The notes under the pieces were generated by a model that worked only from the letters and a program-made list of their open reading frames with translations, had not been told where the DNA came from and did not search any database. A stretch of 63,603 nt of DNA, counting the filler, from Pelomyxa schiedti (lineage: Eukaryota > Protista > Evosea), in the NCBI GenBank assembly GCA_020536535.1. It is 6 parts of 6 records of this genome, joined end to end, with 100 filler letters (N's around TTAATTAATTAA, not from the genome) between each part and the next. Parts side by side here need not be neighbours in the genome. Positions count along the whole stretch, not along the records: positions 21,231 to 26,409 come from JAHLWZ010001516.1; positions 26,510 to 28,079 come from JAHLWZ010002411.1; positions 28,180 to 29,958 come from JAHLWZ010002279.1; positions 30,059 to 34,379 come from JAHLWZ010001607.1; 2 more parts are not named here. One strand, written 5' to 3'. Below are positions 21,244 to 33,184 of this stretch, one piece after another. The translations under genes and the position numbers were made by a program. Numbering within the stretch: position 1 is the stretch's first letter; every line of letters begins with the position of its first letter.

Positions 21244-23454
21244 TCAGTGGAGGAGGAGGCTCTGGATGGCATCAACACAGGATGTCCTGGTGTGTTTGTC
21301 GGGTGCCATCATCCCAACCATCACCTCCTTCATGACGATCCCTTTATTTGTTGTGGATGTGCTTTTTGTTGCTGATTGGCTGGTGGTGTGGAAGAACGCA
21401 AGGGGGTCTGGGAACTTTGCTGCAAGCTTGGTTGGTGTAAACGAGGCCATGTCGCTGTTGAGTGTGCTCCCAATGAACTTGTGCTGCTGAGGCATGAGTG
21501 CATCCCAGAACGTTACTGCAACTGCAAAGGAATCGCACTTGGAGTATGAGAACAGTGTTGGGCCAGTAGCTCTGAGTGTCCTGCTGAGTGCACTCAGCTC
21601 AGGGGGAATCGTCCCTGCGTTCCCCCACAGTTGCATGTCTGACGAGACTACTACCTCGAGGTCAGGCTTGAGGCACCTTGTGGCCTCACCAAAGTCAATC
21701 AGAGACAGTGTTTTTGTCACTGGGTCCACCAACAGGTTGTCTTCTTTGATGTCCCTTTTTAAGTGGCATGTTAAATGGAGAGGTAATGGCATCAACAAAC
21801 CTGTGAATGACCTTGTTGGTTTCAATGTGGTTCACTGCCTTGAGTGCCTGATGGAACAAGTTCACTGTTTCATCCCATCGGGAAGATGAGGAAGAGCGAA
21901 CAAGGAGAGACTGGAGAAAGCTGGAAAGAGGGATTCCACCAAAGGGCATGATGAAGGCCAGTGACTTGTTCAGTGCCATCTCTCGGAAAATTGGTTTGCT
22001 TGCTGGAATCTGTTGAATAAACTCATCAGGAAACCTTGTGTTTGTGTAAGTAACTAGTGTAAGTGGTATTAAAAACTTTCACACCTGGGTATGACCAGAG
22101 CACCAAGGGGATGAATCACGTTTTGGTGTGGAGGGATTGAAGAGAGGATCACACACTCAGCCATGTACTTCTGCCTGAGCCTTGTGTGCCTTGGTGTGCT
22201 CTCCCAGTTGAACAGCACCTTCATCACCATGGTGTTTGTGCTGGTTGAGGTTGCGGCCGTGGTTCCAACAGAAGAAGAAGGCCCATTGGAAAACCTCACC
22301 TTGAATGCAGCAGCACTCGTACCAGTACCAAGGAGCTTTTCCGATGTGAAGTCAGAAACATCAGCTGGAATCAGGGAAATCATTTGCTCAACCTTTCTCT
22401 GAGTGGGAGGTAAATTACCAAATTTTTTTAAAAGGAGGGCAACTTTCTCTTTTTGGATGTCATCAGTGAGTGATTGAACTCGTTCTTGAAGCTTCAGATT
22501 TTCCTCTATCCCTTTTTCCCCAAATTGGTTCATTCACTTAATGGTGTGCGCACATACAATGTGCAACTTGTGCTTTCAAAATCTCATTCTGTGCTTTGAG
22601 GTCACTGGCTTTTTTTTTTGTTTTTTTGTTTGTGGAATCAATCAATCAAATGATGTTAAAAACCTCTTGTATCCCGGCCCTTTGTTTGCTTTATTTTTTC
22701 AAATGTGAGAAGTTTAAAAAGAAGATTCTGTATACCAATGCCAACTTTGCATTCAAGGCACTCACCTCTTCCTCCAGTTGTGCTATTCTACACTTATCCT
22801 AAAACAGTTTTAATTACAGGTGGGTTGTTAGGATTGTCATACTTGATTTTCTACTTCACAGTGGCAATTGATCAGCCACTGCTTGTATTTGTCCTTCCCA
22901 CCCATGAGCTTGTACACCTCAGCTTTACTCTCCTTGTTCATGGTGCCCCCACGCGCCACAATCATCTCTGCCACCTCCAGGTTGGCACTAATCAGAGCTA
23001 TTCCCAGTGGTGTGCTCACTGGAGTCCCATACAGCCCTGCGTTCACATCAGTGCCAGGGTGCTCAAGCAGAAGCCTCGCCAGCACCGCGTTCCCACTGTT
23101 GGCCACCACCCACAGCTCACCCAAGTCGTTTGGCCTGACGCCGTCCACGCCCAGCAGCTCCCTCACAACGTCCTCTCTGCCGTCACGGCACGCCCTGTAC
23201 AGTGCCGTGTTCCCAAGCGCCATCCTGTTGACGTCATCGAACGGGCGGTGAGGTGGCGGCGGTGACGTCAGCAGCAGGCGCGCAACTGCGGCGCTGCCGG
23301 CCTCGTGCAGCAGCGTCGTCTCGCCGTTGTCGTACTCGGCGTTGATGTCGACGTCGGGGTTGCGCGCGAGGATGGTGCGCGTGGCCTCAGCGTCGCCGCG
23401 ACGAACCGCCGACAACAATGTGTCGATCACTTGTGGTGACTTGCTGCTGGACAT
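21244..23454 (-). CDS. Ankyrin-repeat / coiled-coil / protein kinase (PINK1-like motifs), multi-exon
   Basis: Ankyrin motifs GETTLLHEA, GNTALYRAC, STPLGIA; coiled-coil exons near 22800-22450; kinase LGTGTSAAAF, VMKVLFN, HQNV, IHR|DIKEDNLL, DFG, GNAGTIPPE, YSKCDSFA. Confidence 0.82.
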
Positions 23455-23640
23455 GCCGATGATCTTGATTTTTCGACGAATGTCATTCTGGGCTGAAGAA
23501 ACCACACAGCGCCCGGTCTGTTGATTATTGTATTCAGGCCATTTGTTGTACAATCGCGAAAACGAGTTGGTTACTACCCAAAAAAAAGACTGGCCAGTCA
23601 ATTGAGAGACAACAAGAATGCTTTTGTTTCCTGTGTTTCC

Positions 23641-25365
23641 TCAAGGCACAAAGGAGAAAGGTTCTGTGAGGAAGTTGTAGTGGGCCAGGGGCCTGAACAG
23701 CTGAAAGGTGATCACGTGGGCACCAGAGCGCTCGTCACTCACATGCATCTCATCCAGGGATTCACTCATTTGGAACAGAAGGCCACCCTCAACAAACGCT
23801 CTGGCAAAGGTGCATCCAGGGAGCAGGCTCTTTTTTGCTTCTCTATGAGGGAGTGGTGTTGGCTTCTCATCATCCTCATGAGCGGTGTTCATGTTGGTGG
23901 TGACATTCAACACGTCGTAGGAGGCATCTTGGTGCAAACCAAAGATACAGAGGCGTGAATCATCCAACTGTGAACAACTGCCTTCCATGGGCAGAAAATG
24001 TTTGAGAAGTGGTTGCTCTTTGCCAGTTCCCTCCTCGATTGAAAAAATCATTGAGTAGTCTGAATATGGTGCCCAATCCTTCACAATCAGCCTATTGCCG
24101 GTGCTGACGTTGGTGATTCTGCCGAGACAGTCACAGTGATCCATGTGTAACTGTGGAATGGTTGAACTCAACACAATGAGTTTACCTGTGGAAATGGTTT
24201 GCACGAGGTCAATGAGAACGAACTGGAGAAACGAGAGTTGTTGCCCCCTCTCATACAGTTTCAGCAGCATGCAGTTTTCACTGTAGCTTAAAAACTGTGG
24301 AACGACACATCCTGCATTCCTCCTTCTGATGCTGTTGAGTGACACAACAGTTGGCTTCTTGATTGTCACAGCGATGGGGGAGCCTGATGATGCTGCTGCT
24401 GAGGTCACTCGGTTCTTCTTTGGAAGCTCAATGATGAAGAGTTTCCATCCACCTCTTTGTGAATGTACATCACAGGTCACCAGCCATTTGCCTTTTGTGC
24501 ATGCATTCCAAAATGGTCTGCCACGTGGTTTCTTGGTGTCAAATACCAGCGTCTTCTGGCCTGTTTCTAGGTCCTGGATGTAGAAAATTCTGGTCGTCTG
24601 AACCACCAGGAAGTGCTCGTTTGCCCCAAGGATTCTGCTGCTGGGTCGAGTGCGCTTCTCAACCCGCCACTTCATCTCGTGTGTGAGTGTCAGCAGAAGC
24701 GGCGACACGCCAAACGTCATCACCACGCCACGCTCCGCGAAGTTGTTGCCCCACATCACGCAGAAGAACCTCGCGTTCCTCATCAGCCACGCCCACAGCA
24801 CCCTCAGCACCAGCGTCGTGTCGTACGCGACGACGACCCCGTCTCCGCCGCAGCCTGTCATCAGTATCGCCGCCGCCGCCGCCGAGGAGGATCCCATAAC
24901 TGCCGTGACCATCACCATCAGCGTCGCCCTGAGGGGGCAGGCGGCGCCGCAGCGGGGGTGGGTGCCGGCGGCCAGGGCGGCCATCTGCTCCCTCGCGGTC
25001 CACTCCCTCGTCGTCGTGGTCGCCGTCGTGGTCAGCGTGGTCGTCGCCGGGGCGGAGCGGCCGCCCCTCGTGTCTTCTTGGGTCACCGACACCTGCTGTG
25101 TCTCGGTGGAGCGCGACAGGGGTTTCACTGCTACCACCCTGCCCTGTCGTTTGTGCTTCTTGGTTGCCGGCGGTTGACCCACCGACGATGGTGTTGATGG
25201 CGGCGACGACGTCGGCGTTGTTGTTGTTGTTACTGTCGGTGCCGCTGGGTGATGAGCAGAAGGTAACGAGGGGGCGACAGGAAGAGGAGGGAAAAAAGTT
25301 AAGTTGTCGTTTTCGTTGTGCGGCCTTTTGTGTCCGTGACGCACCTCTTGTTGTTGCGTTGCCAT
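23641..25365 (-). CDS. Expanded orphan-family protein
   Basis: 574-aa ORF; AREQMAALAAGTHPRCGAACPLR motif, FGVSP, CTKGKW, VEGGLLF. Confidence 0.8.
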   Translation of the reverse strand: MATQQQEVRHGHKRPHNENDNLTFFPPLPVAPSLPSAHHPAAPTVTTTTTPTSSPPSTPSSVGQPPATKKHKRQGRVVAVKPLSRSTETQQVSVTQEDTRGGRSAPATTTLTTTATTTTREWTAREQMAALAAGTHPRCGAACPLRATLMVMVTAVMGSSSAAAAAILMTGCGGDGVVVAYDTTLVLRVLWAWLMRNARFFCVMWGNNFAERGVVMTFGVSPLLLTLTHEMKWRVEKRTRPSSRILGANEHFLVVQTTRIFYIQDLETGQKTLVFDTKKPRGRPFWNACTKGKWLVTCDVHSQRGGWKLFIIELPKKNRVTSAAASSGSPIAVTIKKPTVVSLNSIRRRNAGCVVPQFLSYSENCMLLKLYERGQQLSFLQFVLIDLVQTISTGKLIVLSSTIPQLHMDHCDCLGRITNVSTGNRLIVKDWAPYSDYSMIFSIEEGTGKEQPLLKHFLPMEGSCSQLDDSRLCIFGLHQDASYDVLNVTTNMNTAHEDDEKPTPLPHREAKKSLLPGCTFARAFVEGGLLFQMSESLDEMHVSDERSGAHVITFQLFRPLAHYNFLTEPFSFVP

Positions 25366-25482
25366 TCGATTTGTGTTTTTCTTCGTTGAAAGGAAGGACT
25401 AAGGAAGCATTACGGACTTCTCCCTGAATTTTCCAATAATGATCAGCGACAGCCTCAACGATGCTGACAAACAAATCGCAAT

Positions 25483-26409
25483 TCAGAGGAACAAAGTTGA
25501 TGGCTGCACGTGACAGTTACACAAGGTCACTCCTGTCATTGTGTCCCTCACAGCCCTGCAGCCTGCTGTGCACGGTAATTCACATACAGTCAAGCCACGC
25601 TGAGGGAGTAGGTGATTTCCAACAAGGTTCCCATCTGCTGGGTCACTGCTGAACAGGTCACGGCATTCAAAGTCCAGCCCCACCATCTGGTCACTTTCCT
25701 TGGTGACAGACCCGCAAGTCCTGTCCTTCAGCTTGGTAACTGTGCCTGTCTTGAGGGTCAGGGAAAAAACAGGTACATAGCCGCCAGCCGTTACTTCCGT
25801 TGTGTATACTACCTTCAGCTTCTGGCCACTCTCATCCATGAACAAGGCTGGCGTGCAGCAAGTCCCCTTTGGCGTTGTGTGACACTGTGGGCCATTCACC
25901 ACAACCAGCGAGGATATCGCAAAGCTCTTCTCCAGGTCAACAGTGAGAAACAAGAACCTGCTGCAGTCATGGTCAAAAAGAGCAATGATGGAGGCCTCAT
26001 TGCCATCCTCAATCAGAGAAGGCTCACTGTGCGAGAACACTACATCCACGCCACTGTGTTGTGGTGGGATTAGGGGATGCAGCGAACAGGACCTGGTATT
26101 GCTGCCGTTGAGGTTGTGCAACTGTGCCACTCTGTGAATGAGAAGCTCACCAGGTTTCCACATCAGGATCCACTTGTGGGTGCCCCAGAACAGCAAGCAC
26201 CCTGAGGTTTCAATGTTGGATCCCACAACATTGCGGGATGTATTCCTCCCATAATGAGCCACATCCACCACCTGCAACAATCGGTCTGGTCCCTCCCAGT
26301 GTGATGTGAGAAACCTGTCGCAGCCAAGCCAGCACATAAAGGAGTGACGTGTGTCCAGCTCGTTGATATCGACGGTGCTGATTATTCCCAGCGTCGAGCC
26401 GATCGACAC
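25483..26409 (-). CDS. Orphan-family-like protein, 5' truncated
   Basis: Open frame of 308 codons; STLGI, THKW, VDLEKSF, VRDTMTG resemble the other family members. Confidence 0.7.
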   Translation of the reverse strand: MSIGSTLGIISTVDINELDTRHSFMCWLGCDRFLTSHWEGPDRLLQVVDVAHYGRNTSRNVVGSNIETSGCLLFWGTHKWILMWKPGELLIHRVAQLHNLNGSNTRSCSLHPLIPPQHSGVDVVFSHSEPSLIEDGNEASIIALFDHDCSRFLFLTVDLEKSFAISSLVVVNGPQCHTTPKGTCCTPALFMDESGQKLKVVYTTEVTAGGYVPVFSLTLKTGTVTKLKDRTCGSVTKESDQMVGLDFECRDLFSSDPADGNLVGNHLLPQRGLTVCELPCTAGCRAVRDTMTGVTLCNCHVQPSTLFL

Positions 26410-26509
26410 NNNNNNNNNNNNNNNNNNNNNNNNNNNNNNNNNNNNNNNNNNNNTTAATTAATTAANNNNNNNNNNNNNNNNNNNNNNNNNNNNNNNNNNN
26501 NNNNNNNNN

Positions 26510-28079
26510 TCTGGAATACCTTCCAGGGTTGTTGTTTCTTTGGGGAATGAGGCAGATCACACCAAACAAGTTTTACATGCATCAGAAGGAGGAGCACATT
26601 TCCCCACCCTTGTCACATGCTCTTTCATTTGCAATCTCTGCTACGTTCAATGAAGTTCTGCAGTTTTGTCAAAAAGTGAACAGAAGAACGAGGAAACAAC
26701 AGCTCATTGACGAGTGGAATGAGCTGATTTCAACAGTGTCAGCAAAAGTAATTTTCACTTCTTCTGTTGCACTAGTGGATCAAAACGGTTTGGTGCCCCC
26801 TCAGGAGCCTTTCATAGTCACACATCACTGCACTGATTCATCAGGACGTTCCTGGTTGTGTACATACTTTTTGGCACTCTGGATGACCTCTTGCTTGCCC
26901 CAGACCCAGTGTGTACAAAGTTTTCTTCTGGGTGAGCTGCAGAAGATAACCAGAGAAACAAAAGAACCACCATCCCCGTTGATGTGTGCGTGCATGACTC
27001 TGCTGGCTTCACTGTATTGGTTTGGACTTGGAGGTGTGCCCAAAGACCCCAACAAGGCGCTATCACTGTGGGAGGGTGCAATAAGCCAAGGGTGCACAGC
27101 TGCAATGTTGGAGCTGGCTGGCCGCTATGAGCTGGGGTTTGGTGGTGTCACCAAAGATGTCCTGAAGGCTGGTTCGTTTTATCAGATGGCTGCTGATTGT
27201 GGTGACCCCAGTGCCACTGGTTGCCTTGGGCTCTGCCTTCAGTACTCTTTGTGTGGTTTCCACAAAGACATGGCCAAAGCTGTTGCACATCACCACCAGG
27301 CCTCTGATGGTGGATGCTACAGGTCAATGCTCCACCTGGGTTTCTGTTATCTCAAAGGTCTTGGTGTTGGTGAAGACCACAAGAAAGCAGCCTCTCTGTT
27401 CCAGAAAGCAGTGGACTGTGGCTACAGCGACCCTGAGCTGTTGCTCTGCCTTGGTTCATGCTATGAGAACGGCCAAGGTGTTGACCAGGACAAAACCAGA
27501 GCGGCATCTCTGTACCAGAAGGCTGCTGATGGCGGTAACCCAAGTGCAATCCACCAGTTGGCTGAGTGTTTCTACAGGGGTGTTGGTGTAGGCCAAGACC
27601 TCAACAAGGCAGCCATTCTGTACCAGCAGGCCCTTGATTTCGGGCACACTGTGTCGGCCTTTGAACTTGGGCAGCTCTACTATGGTGGGAAGGGTGTTGA
27701 CACGGATACTGCAAGAGCAGCAAAGTTGTGGCAGAAGGCTGCTGATTGTGGGCATGCTGTTGCAATGCACAACCTGGCCACCTGTTATGACAGTGGCAGT
27801 GGTGTTGATCAAGACTTCCCCAAGGCTGCGGTTCTCTACCAAAAGGCCCTTGATGCTGGCAGCACTCAGTCTGCCTGTGATCTTGGGTTATGCTACCTCA
27901 ATGGAAAAGGTGTGGACCGAGATCCCACCAAAGCTGTTGTGTTGTTTCAGAGGGCCTCTGATGCTGGGAGCCTCGATGCCATGTACCGCCTGGCTGAGTG
28001 TTACTGGTCTGGAACTGGTGTTGAGAAAGACCTCCACAAGGCTGTCGTTTTGTACCAGAAGGCCGTTGATGCTGGAGAC
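26510..28079 (+). CDS. Sel1-like repeat protein, both ends truncated
   Basis: About ten 36-aa repeats of the form A..LG.CY..G.GV.QD..KA..LYQKA.D.G. Confidence 0.92.
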
Positions 28080-28179
28080 NNNNNNNNNNNNNNNNNNNNN
28101 NNNNNNNNNNNNNNNNNNNNNNNTTAATTAATTAANNNNNNNNNNNNNNNNNNNNNNNNNNNNNNNNNNNNNNNNNNNN

Positions 28180-29958
28180 TTTCATATTCTTCATAGAATG
28201 GGTACTCGTTAATGAGGTCGGCGGCATTACTCTGGGCCTCAGTGAATTCCATCTCTGCATGTGTTGAAATGAAATGATAAAAGAATTTGAGTGAGAGTGT
28301 TTACCGTCCATTCCTTGCATGGTATACCAGTGCAAGAAAGCCTGGGTGGGTTGAGTCTTTCAGGTATCAACAAAGGGGAAAAAAACCTTGCGTTTGAAGA
28401 GAGCAGAGAATTGATTCTCGGTTTGCCGCATTAAACTGGAAACTGCAGTGTTGTTGTCAATAACTGTCACCCCAGACCCAATCCCGGGTGGTGTGAATTT
28501 TGAGAAGATCGGCTTGATGTTATCCGGAATCCATTCAACGAATTGTGCACTGCTTTTGCTCCGGAGCCTGCTGAGTTGGTTCTCCACTTCCATTGCGTGA
28601 AACTCGCCGCGGAAAATGAGAGATGTCGCAATGTGTTTTCCTTGTGTTGATTCGGTGAAAAAGAATAAAATGAGGAGGAGACTGGGAGAAACCGGATCGC
28701 GCATCACAGGAGGCAAAGATGTTCTTCGTGAGTATGTCCTCGTCAAGGGGTGTGGTCTCTGAACAATCTCCCATCGGAGAGACTCCACACAACAGGAAAT
28801 GCATGTGAGGGAAAGGAACCATGTTCACCGCCAACTTCCTGATGTCTTGGTTCAGTTCACCGGGAAATCGGTGAGATGCGGTGATTCCTGACATCACACC
28901 TGACACCTCGATTTTAAATCTGTTACCCATAATGATATTATGCAAGAGATCATTGGGAACACACCAAATGGTTCAAATCTTTGTATGTCGGAGGATGCTT
29001 CAAAGTGGGTGCCGATATCTTCAAAAGGGAATCGTTGTCGAGGCAAAATGTGAGATCGCTGTCCTCATCCAATCGGAACATGGACAAAATGGAGTTGTAT
29101 GGCGCAAGTGGAACATCAGGAACGGGTGAGGGGAACACAGAGAACTAAAATGCAGATTACTTTTAAAAGAAGGGCTGTTGATTGTCTCCAATGCATACAG
29201 TGCAGAACATCCTGTCGGGATACTCCTCTCTAAGGGCCCCGAGTATCAGTGTGCCAAGTCCCGAACCTGTTCCGCCACTGAGGGAGTGTGCCAGTTGAAA
29301 ACCATCCATGCAATCGCATCTCTCACACTCCAACCGGATAGAATCCATGACTTCGTCCAACATTTCTGCACCAGTGACGTAGTGTCCAACAGCCCAGTTG
29401 CTTCCACATCCCTTATTTGTGGCAGCAGCATTAGAAATCAAAGAGAGGGCCAAGACATCAAGCAAAATTTAGTTATTTATTCATATCACCCGTGACGTCA
29501 TTCAAACAAAAACACAAACGAAAACATGCCTGCGGTGAGCAAATTACATTGCTCGGATCCACCAAATTTTCCACACCATCGACAACATCACCGGGCCCGC
29601 AACCAATATCCACAAACACACAACGGGGAACTCGGCGGCCCGTCCCACAAGTCTCTCTCATGTACACTTCAACGCCACCACCACAGCCACCACCGCGATC
29701 CCCATAATCGTGCTGTGCAGCACCTCCCGTCGCAGTAACATCGCCGCGGGTACAGCTTTTCGGTGGAGATGGCGGATTATGGGCGGACGACAGCACGAGG
29801 CCTCCCGTAGAATGGTCAACATTGTGCTCCGCGCACACCTGGCGTCTGTATGTGCAACGAGTCGAAAAAGATGGATTAGTGGCCACATGATACACTTATG
29901 GGTTAGTAGAAGAGGGTGAACGTGGTACACACACGAACGACGCACCAAGCTGGGTGCC
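28180..29958 (-). CDS. Highly divergent beta-tubulin, multi-exon, both ends truncated
   Basis: [87 protein letters not shown]. Confidence 0.88.
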
Positions 29959-31070
29959 NNNNNNNNNNNNNNNNNNNNNNNNNNNNNNNNNNNNNNNNNN
30001 NNTTAATTAATTAANNNNNNNNNNNNNNNNNNNNNNNNNNNNNNNNNNNNNNNNNNNNCGGGTGTGGTGACAGGGAGTGATTGGTGCTCACGACGAAGCA
30101 AGTACCTTCCTCTCTCTCAGACGCACCAAAGAGAGTAGGTACCTGGAGCAAACGGCCTCCTCCCTCGTCCTTTTGTTTTTGTGAACACAACAAATATGTA
30201 CTGTTGGGAGGTCGGTGTGTTATTAAATGTTAAAATTAATATTAATATAAGCTTATTCTTGTGATTTGCGTTCTGTCTGGTGCTCGGGCATATTTTTTTT
30301 CTCCTGTTTCAAGGCATCGCATTTTTTTAGTAAAACGCTCAGCAAGTACAAACAAATAATAATGAACAACAAACAACGAAATGAGAAGCAAAGGGGTGCA
30401 CCACATCAAATTGGCAGGAGCACACAGCCCTGTGACATTTCTCATTGAACCAACGAGACAACAAAGAGCAATCCAGCCGAAACATAGAAATGTGTGAAAC
30501 CACAAAACAACATTAAACGTAAAAATGGGCTAAGCCCATCGGATGGGTATCACTAACACCAGTGCGATGTTTTTTTTTTGATTGACACAGGTGTTGTGTT
30601 CGGTTGAGTGCACTTGATTTTGTAGGGCGTGTGGCTCCGTACGTTGTGGTTGTTCACTCTTCAGCAGAGCACCGGTGCGGCTTTGATGTCGTAGGGGAAT
30701 GATCGACAAACTCGTGTTCAGAGAACAAGACGAAACCCACAATTGTCAAATCGAGAGCGAAATCTTCTCACAAAACCAATCACCGGAGTACATTTTTGGC
30801 GACTTGGGATAAGTTGGGTTCCCCGATAGGGGGGAACGGCGAGAAAAATCCACGCCGATAGTGAAAAAACGTCCACTTTTCATCCCCGTTAGGCTCAACG
30901 GCAACGGTCAAATTATGCATGGGTAGGCAAAGAGATATGGCGGCTGCCAACTGGCAGAACCCACAACAACACAGCCAACGCCCAACAAACCACAACTGGC
31001 AATAAAAAGTGGGTGGCAGCAATACAAACATGTGGATGAAAAAAAGAAATTTTTTTGTGGTGTGGTTGTA

Positions 31071-31170
31071 CACCCACGCCCACGCCCACGCCCACGCCCA
31101 CGCCCACGCCCACGCCCACGCCCACGCCCACGCCCACGCCCACGCCCACGCTCACACTCACGCTCACGCT
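31071..31170. repeat. (CACGCC)n hexanucleotide microsatellite with degenerate ends
   Basis: About 12 perfect units followed by CACGCT/CACACT variants. Confidence 0.95.
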
Positions 31171-31743
31171 CAGCAATCCCATTCTCATGGTGGATCCGTT
31201 CTCTCCATCACCCACCACCTACTTCCCTGGTGAAGCAGACACAGGTTAAAAAAAAATGGTAGCGATACCAAACGCAACAAAACACAGAACCACAACAGCA
31301 AAAAACGAAGATGACCACAGGAATCGCTCGGAGGTGCCGCACCGCACGTCCCATCAGACTTAGGTTTTTCTAGTTTTCTCTGGACAGTCCACGAAGGTCA
31401 GGTCGTACGCAAACCAAGGTTTTTTTTTTTTGTTTGTCTCTGGTTGTTGTGTTGTGTGTTTATGTGGTGGTGCCATTTTATTGGTAAGTGCCACATATTG
31501 ATTCACCGTCTGCTCCGCTCAGTCATCCGCTCTGTCGTCTGCTCCGCTCTGTCATCTGCTCTGCTCCGTCGTCTCGTTTTCCCCCACCCACTGTAAATAA
31601 AAAGAAAACCATTTTTTGTATTCAATATTTTCTCTTTTTTTCGTTTCAGCGTTGTTGGGCAGCCGGTGGTTGTTGCTTGTTGTTGGTTGGTGTTGCCATT
31701 GGCCGTTGTCATACTGTTGTTGTTGTTTTTGTCTGATTAATTA

Positions 31744-32506
31744 TAAGCCAGGCTCAAATCCACCTGACAACACACAAAAAGTAAAAAAGCAATAAGAACA
31801 CTACACAAGGATAACCAACACTACACAAGGATAACCAAAACACTATCATTATCAAATTTTCTTGTTGAAGAATTTTGTTGGCAGACATCTGGTTGGAGAA
31901 GTCAATTCTTCAATTTGACTCCAACCAGATGTCTGCCAACAGTGCGACTGCTGGGAGGTGCTACCAGTGTTAGCCTCTGTGGGCTCGAGAATAAGCCCCA
32001 CAGAGGAAGAAAACGAGTGAGGGTGAAGAGAATAAAGGGTTCTCTTGTTTGTTCTCATCATTGTTGTGTAAAGGGATAAAAAAGGGAGTGTGTAAAATCT
32101 CGCAGAGCGGTTGTGCGATTGGGTTAAAAGGCTGTGATGTTCAAATGGATTCTCGGACAAGTGTGTACTTCCATAAAGTACACGAACTCACTGAGTCGGG
32201 GTGAGAGATCTGATCTTGACTTGCAGATTCGTGATGGTTACTGGAAATGGAGGCCGAGAGTAAATATCACATGGCGGGGCTAGCACAAGCAGCTGCCGTT
32301 GATAATCCTCAAGCCGTTGGCTCGGCTGCGTTGAAAAGTGGTCCCCCCAATACTCTGGACCACGTGGCTGTTGGAACCTTCTAGAACAAGTGTGTCCTTT
32401 TAAGCCAGGCTCAAATCCACCTGACAACACACACAAAGTAAAAGCAACAAGAACACACCAACCCTACACGAGAATAACCAAAACATTATCATTATTAAAT
32501 TCTTGT
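31744..32506. repeat. Diverged direct repeats (31744-31866 and 32401-32506) around a 534-bp spacer
   Basis: Both begin TAAGCCAGGCTCAAATCCACCTGACAACACACA and end TATCATTAT.AAATT..CTTGTT; the first carries an internal 20-bp tandem duplication. Confidence 0.85.
31876..31941. repeat. Perfect 23-bp inverted repeat with 20-nt loop
   Basis: TGTTGGCAGACATCTGGTTGGAG (31876-31898) is the exact reverse complement of 31919-31941. Confidence 0.9.
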
Positions 32507-33184
32507 TACACACAAAAGCACACACAAGTGTGCATGTACAGTGGTTTGCGAAAGTCGTGAAAAAATTCCGAAACAATTTTTGCATCTGGAAAATTGTGTG
32601 TGGTGGAGGTGGTGTGTTGGTCATGTGGAAGTCGTAGGCAACTGGCCAAACAAGGAAAGCTTCGATGCCTTCCACTATTTTTTGCGTTCCCCCCTTTCCA
32701 ACACACCACCCAAAAAAAAATACAACAAAAATCAAAAAAAACAAAAAAATCGTGAGAGGAGATGAGCTGCTACCCCAGGGTAAATAGTGACTGTGCGATT
32801 GCAAACAGGGACTTGAATGGACTGGGCATCACACTACCACCACCACCTCCACTTCTTACACAGCAACAAGTATCACAGCCAGCACAACAGTGGCAAATGC
32901 CAGCACCACACTCAACAGCTACAACCACAACTGTGGTAATCGGACCGTTAACGCTACTCAGACCTCTCGGAGCAGGAAAAAAAAGATGTTTTCCACGAAC
33001 TTGTGATCGGTTTCTCAGCATTGTGGGATCAAAAACTTGTGTGATTAGTGGTGGTGCTGTTGCTGTTTAGCCTCACGTTGACGTAGTCACATCGTTTTTG
33101 GCCTCATTATGCTCATACTGCACAAGACCGTTGAATGTATTGTTTGTTTTTTGGTTTTTTGTTTTACTCGGATTTTTTTTTTTT

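Noticed and set aside
26510-28079. Regular 108-bp periodicity resembling an array
   Set aside because: Ordinary coding Sel1 repeats; no CRISPR-like repeat-spacer structure was seen in the window.
30250-30295. Segment faintly like a tRNA 3' half
   Set aside because: No T-loop consensus or cloverleaf could be built.
30913-31262. ORFs with HA, PR, TP or VG dipeptide runs
   Set aside because: Products of the (CACGCC)n microsatellite; the same applies to ORFs over (GTTTT)n at 33923-34011.
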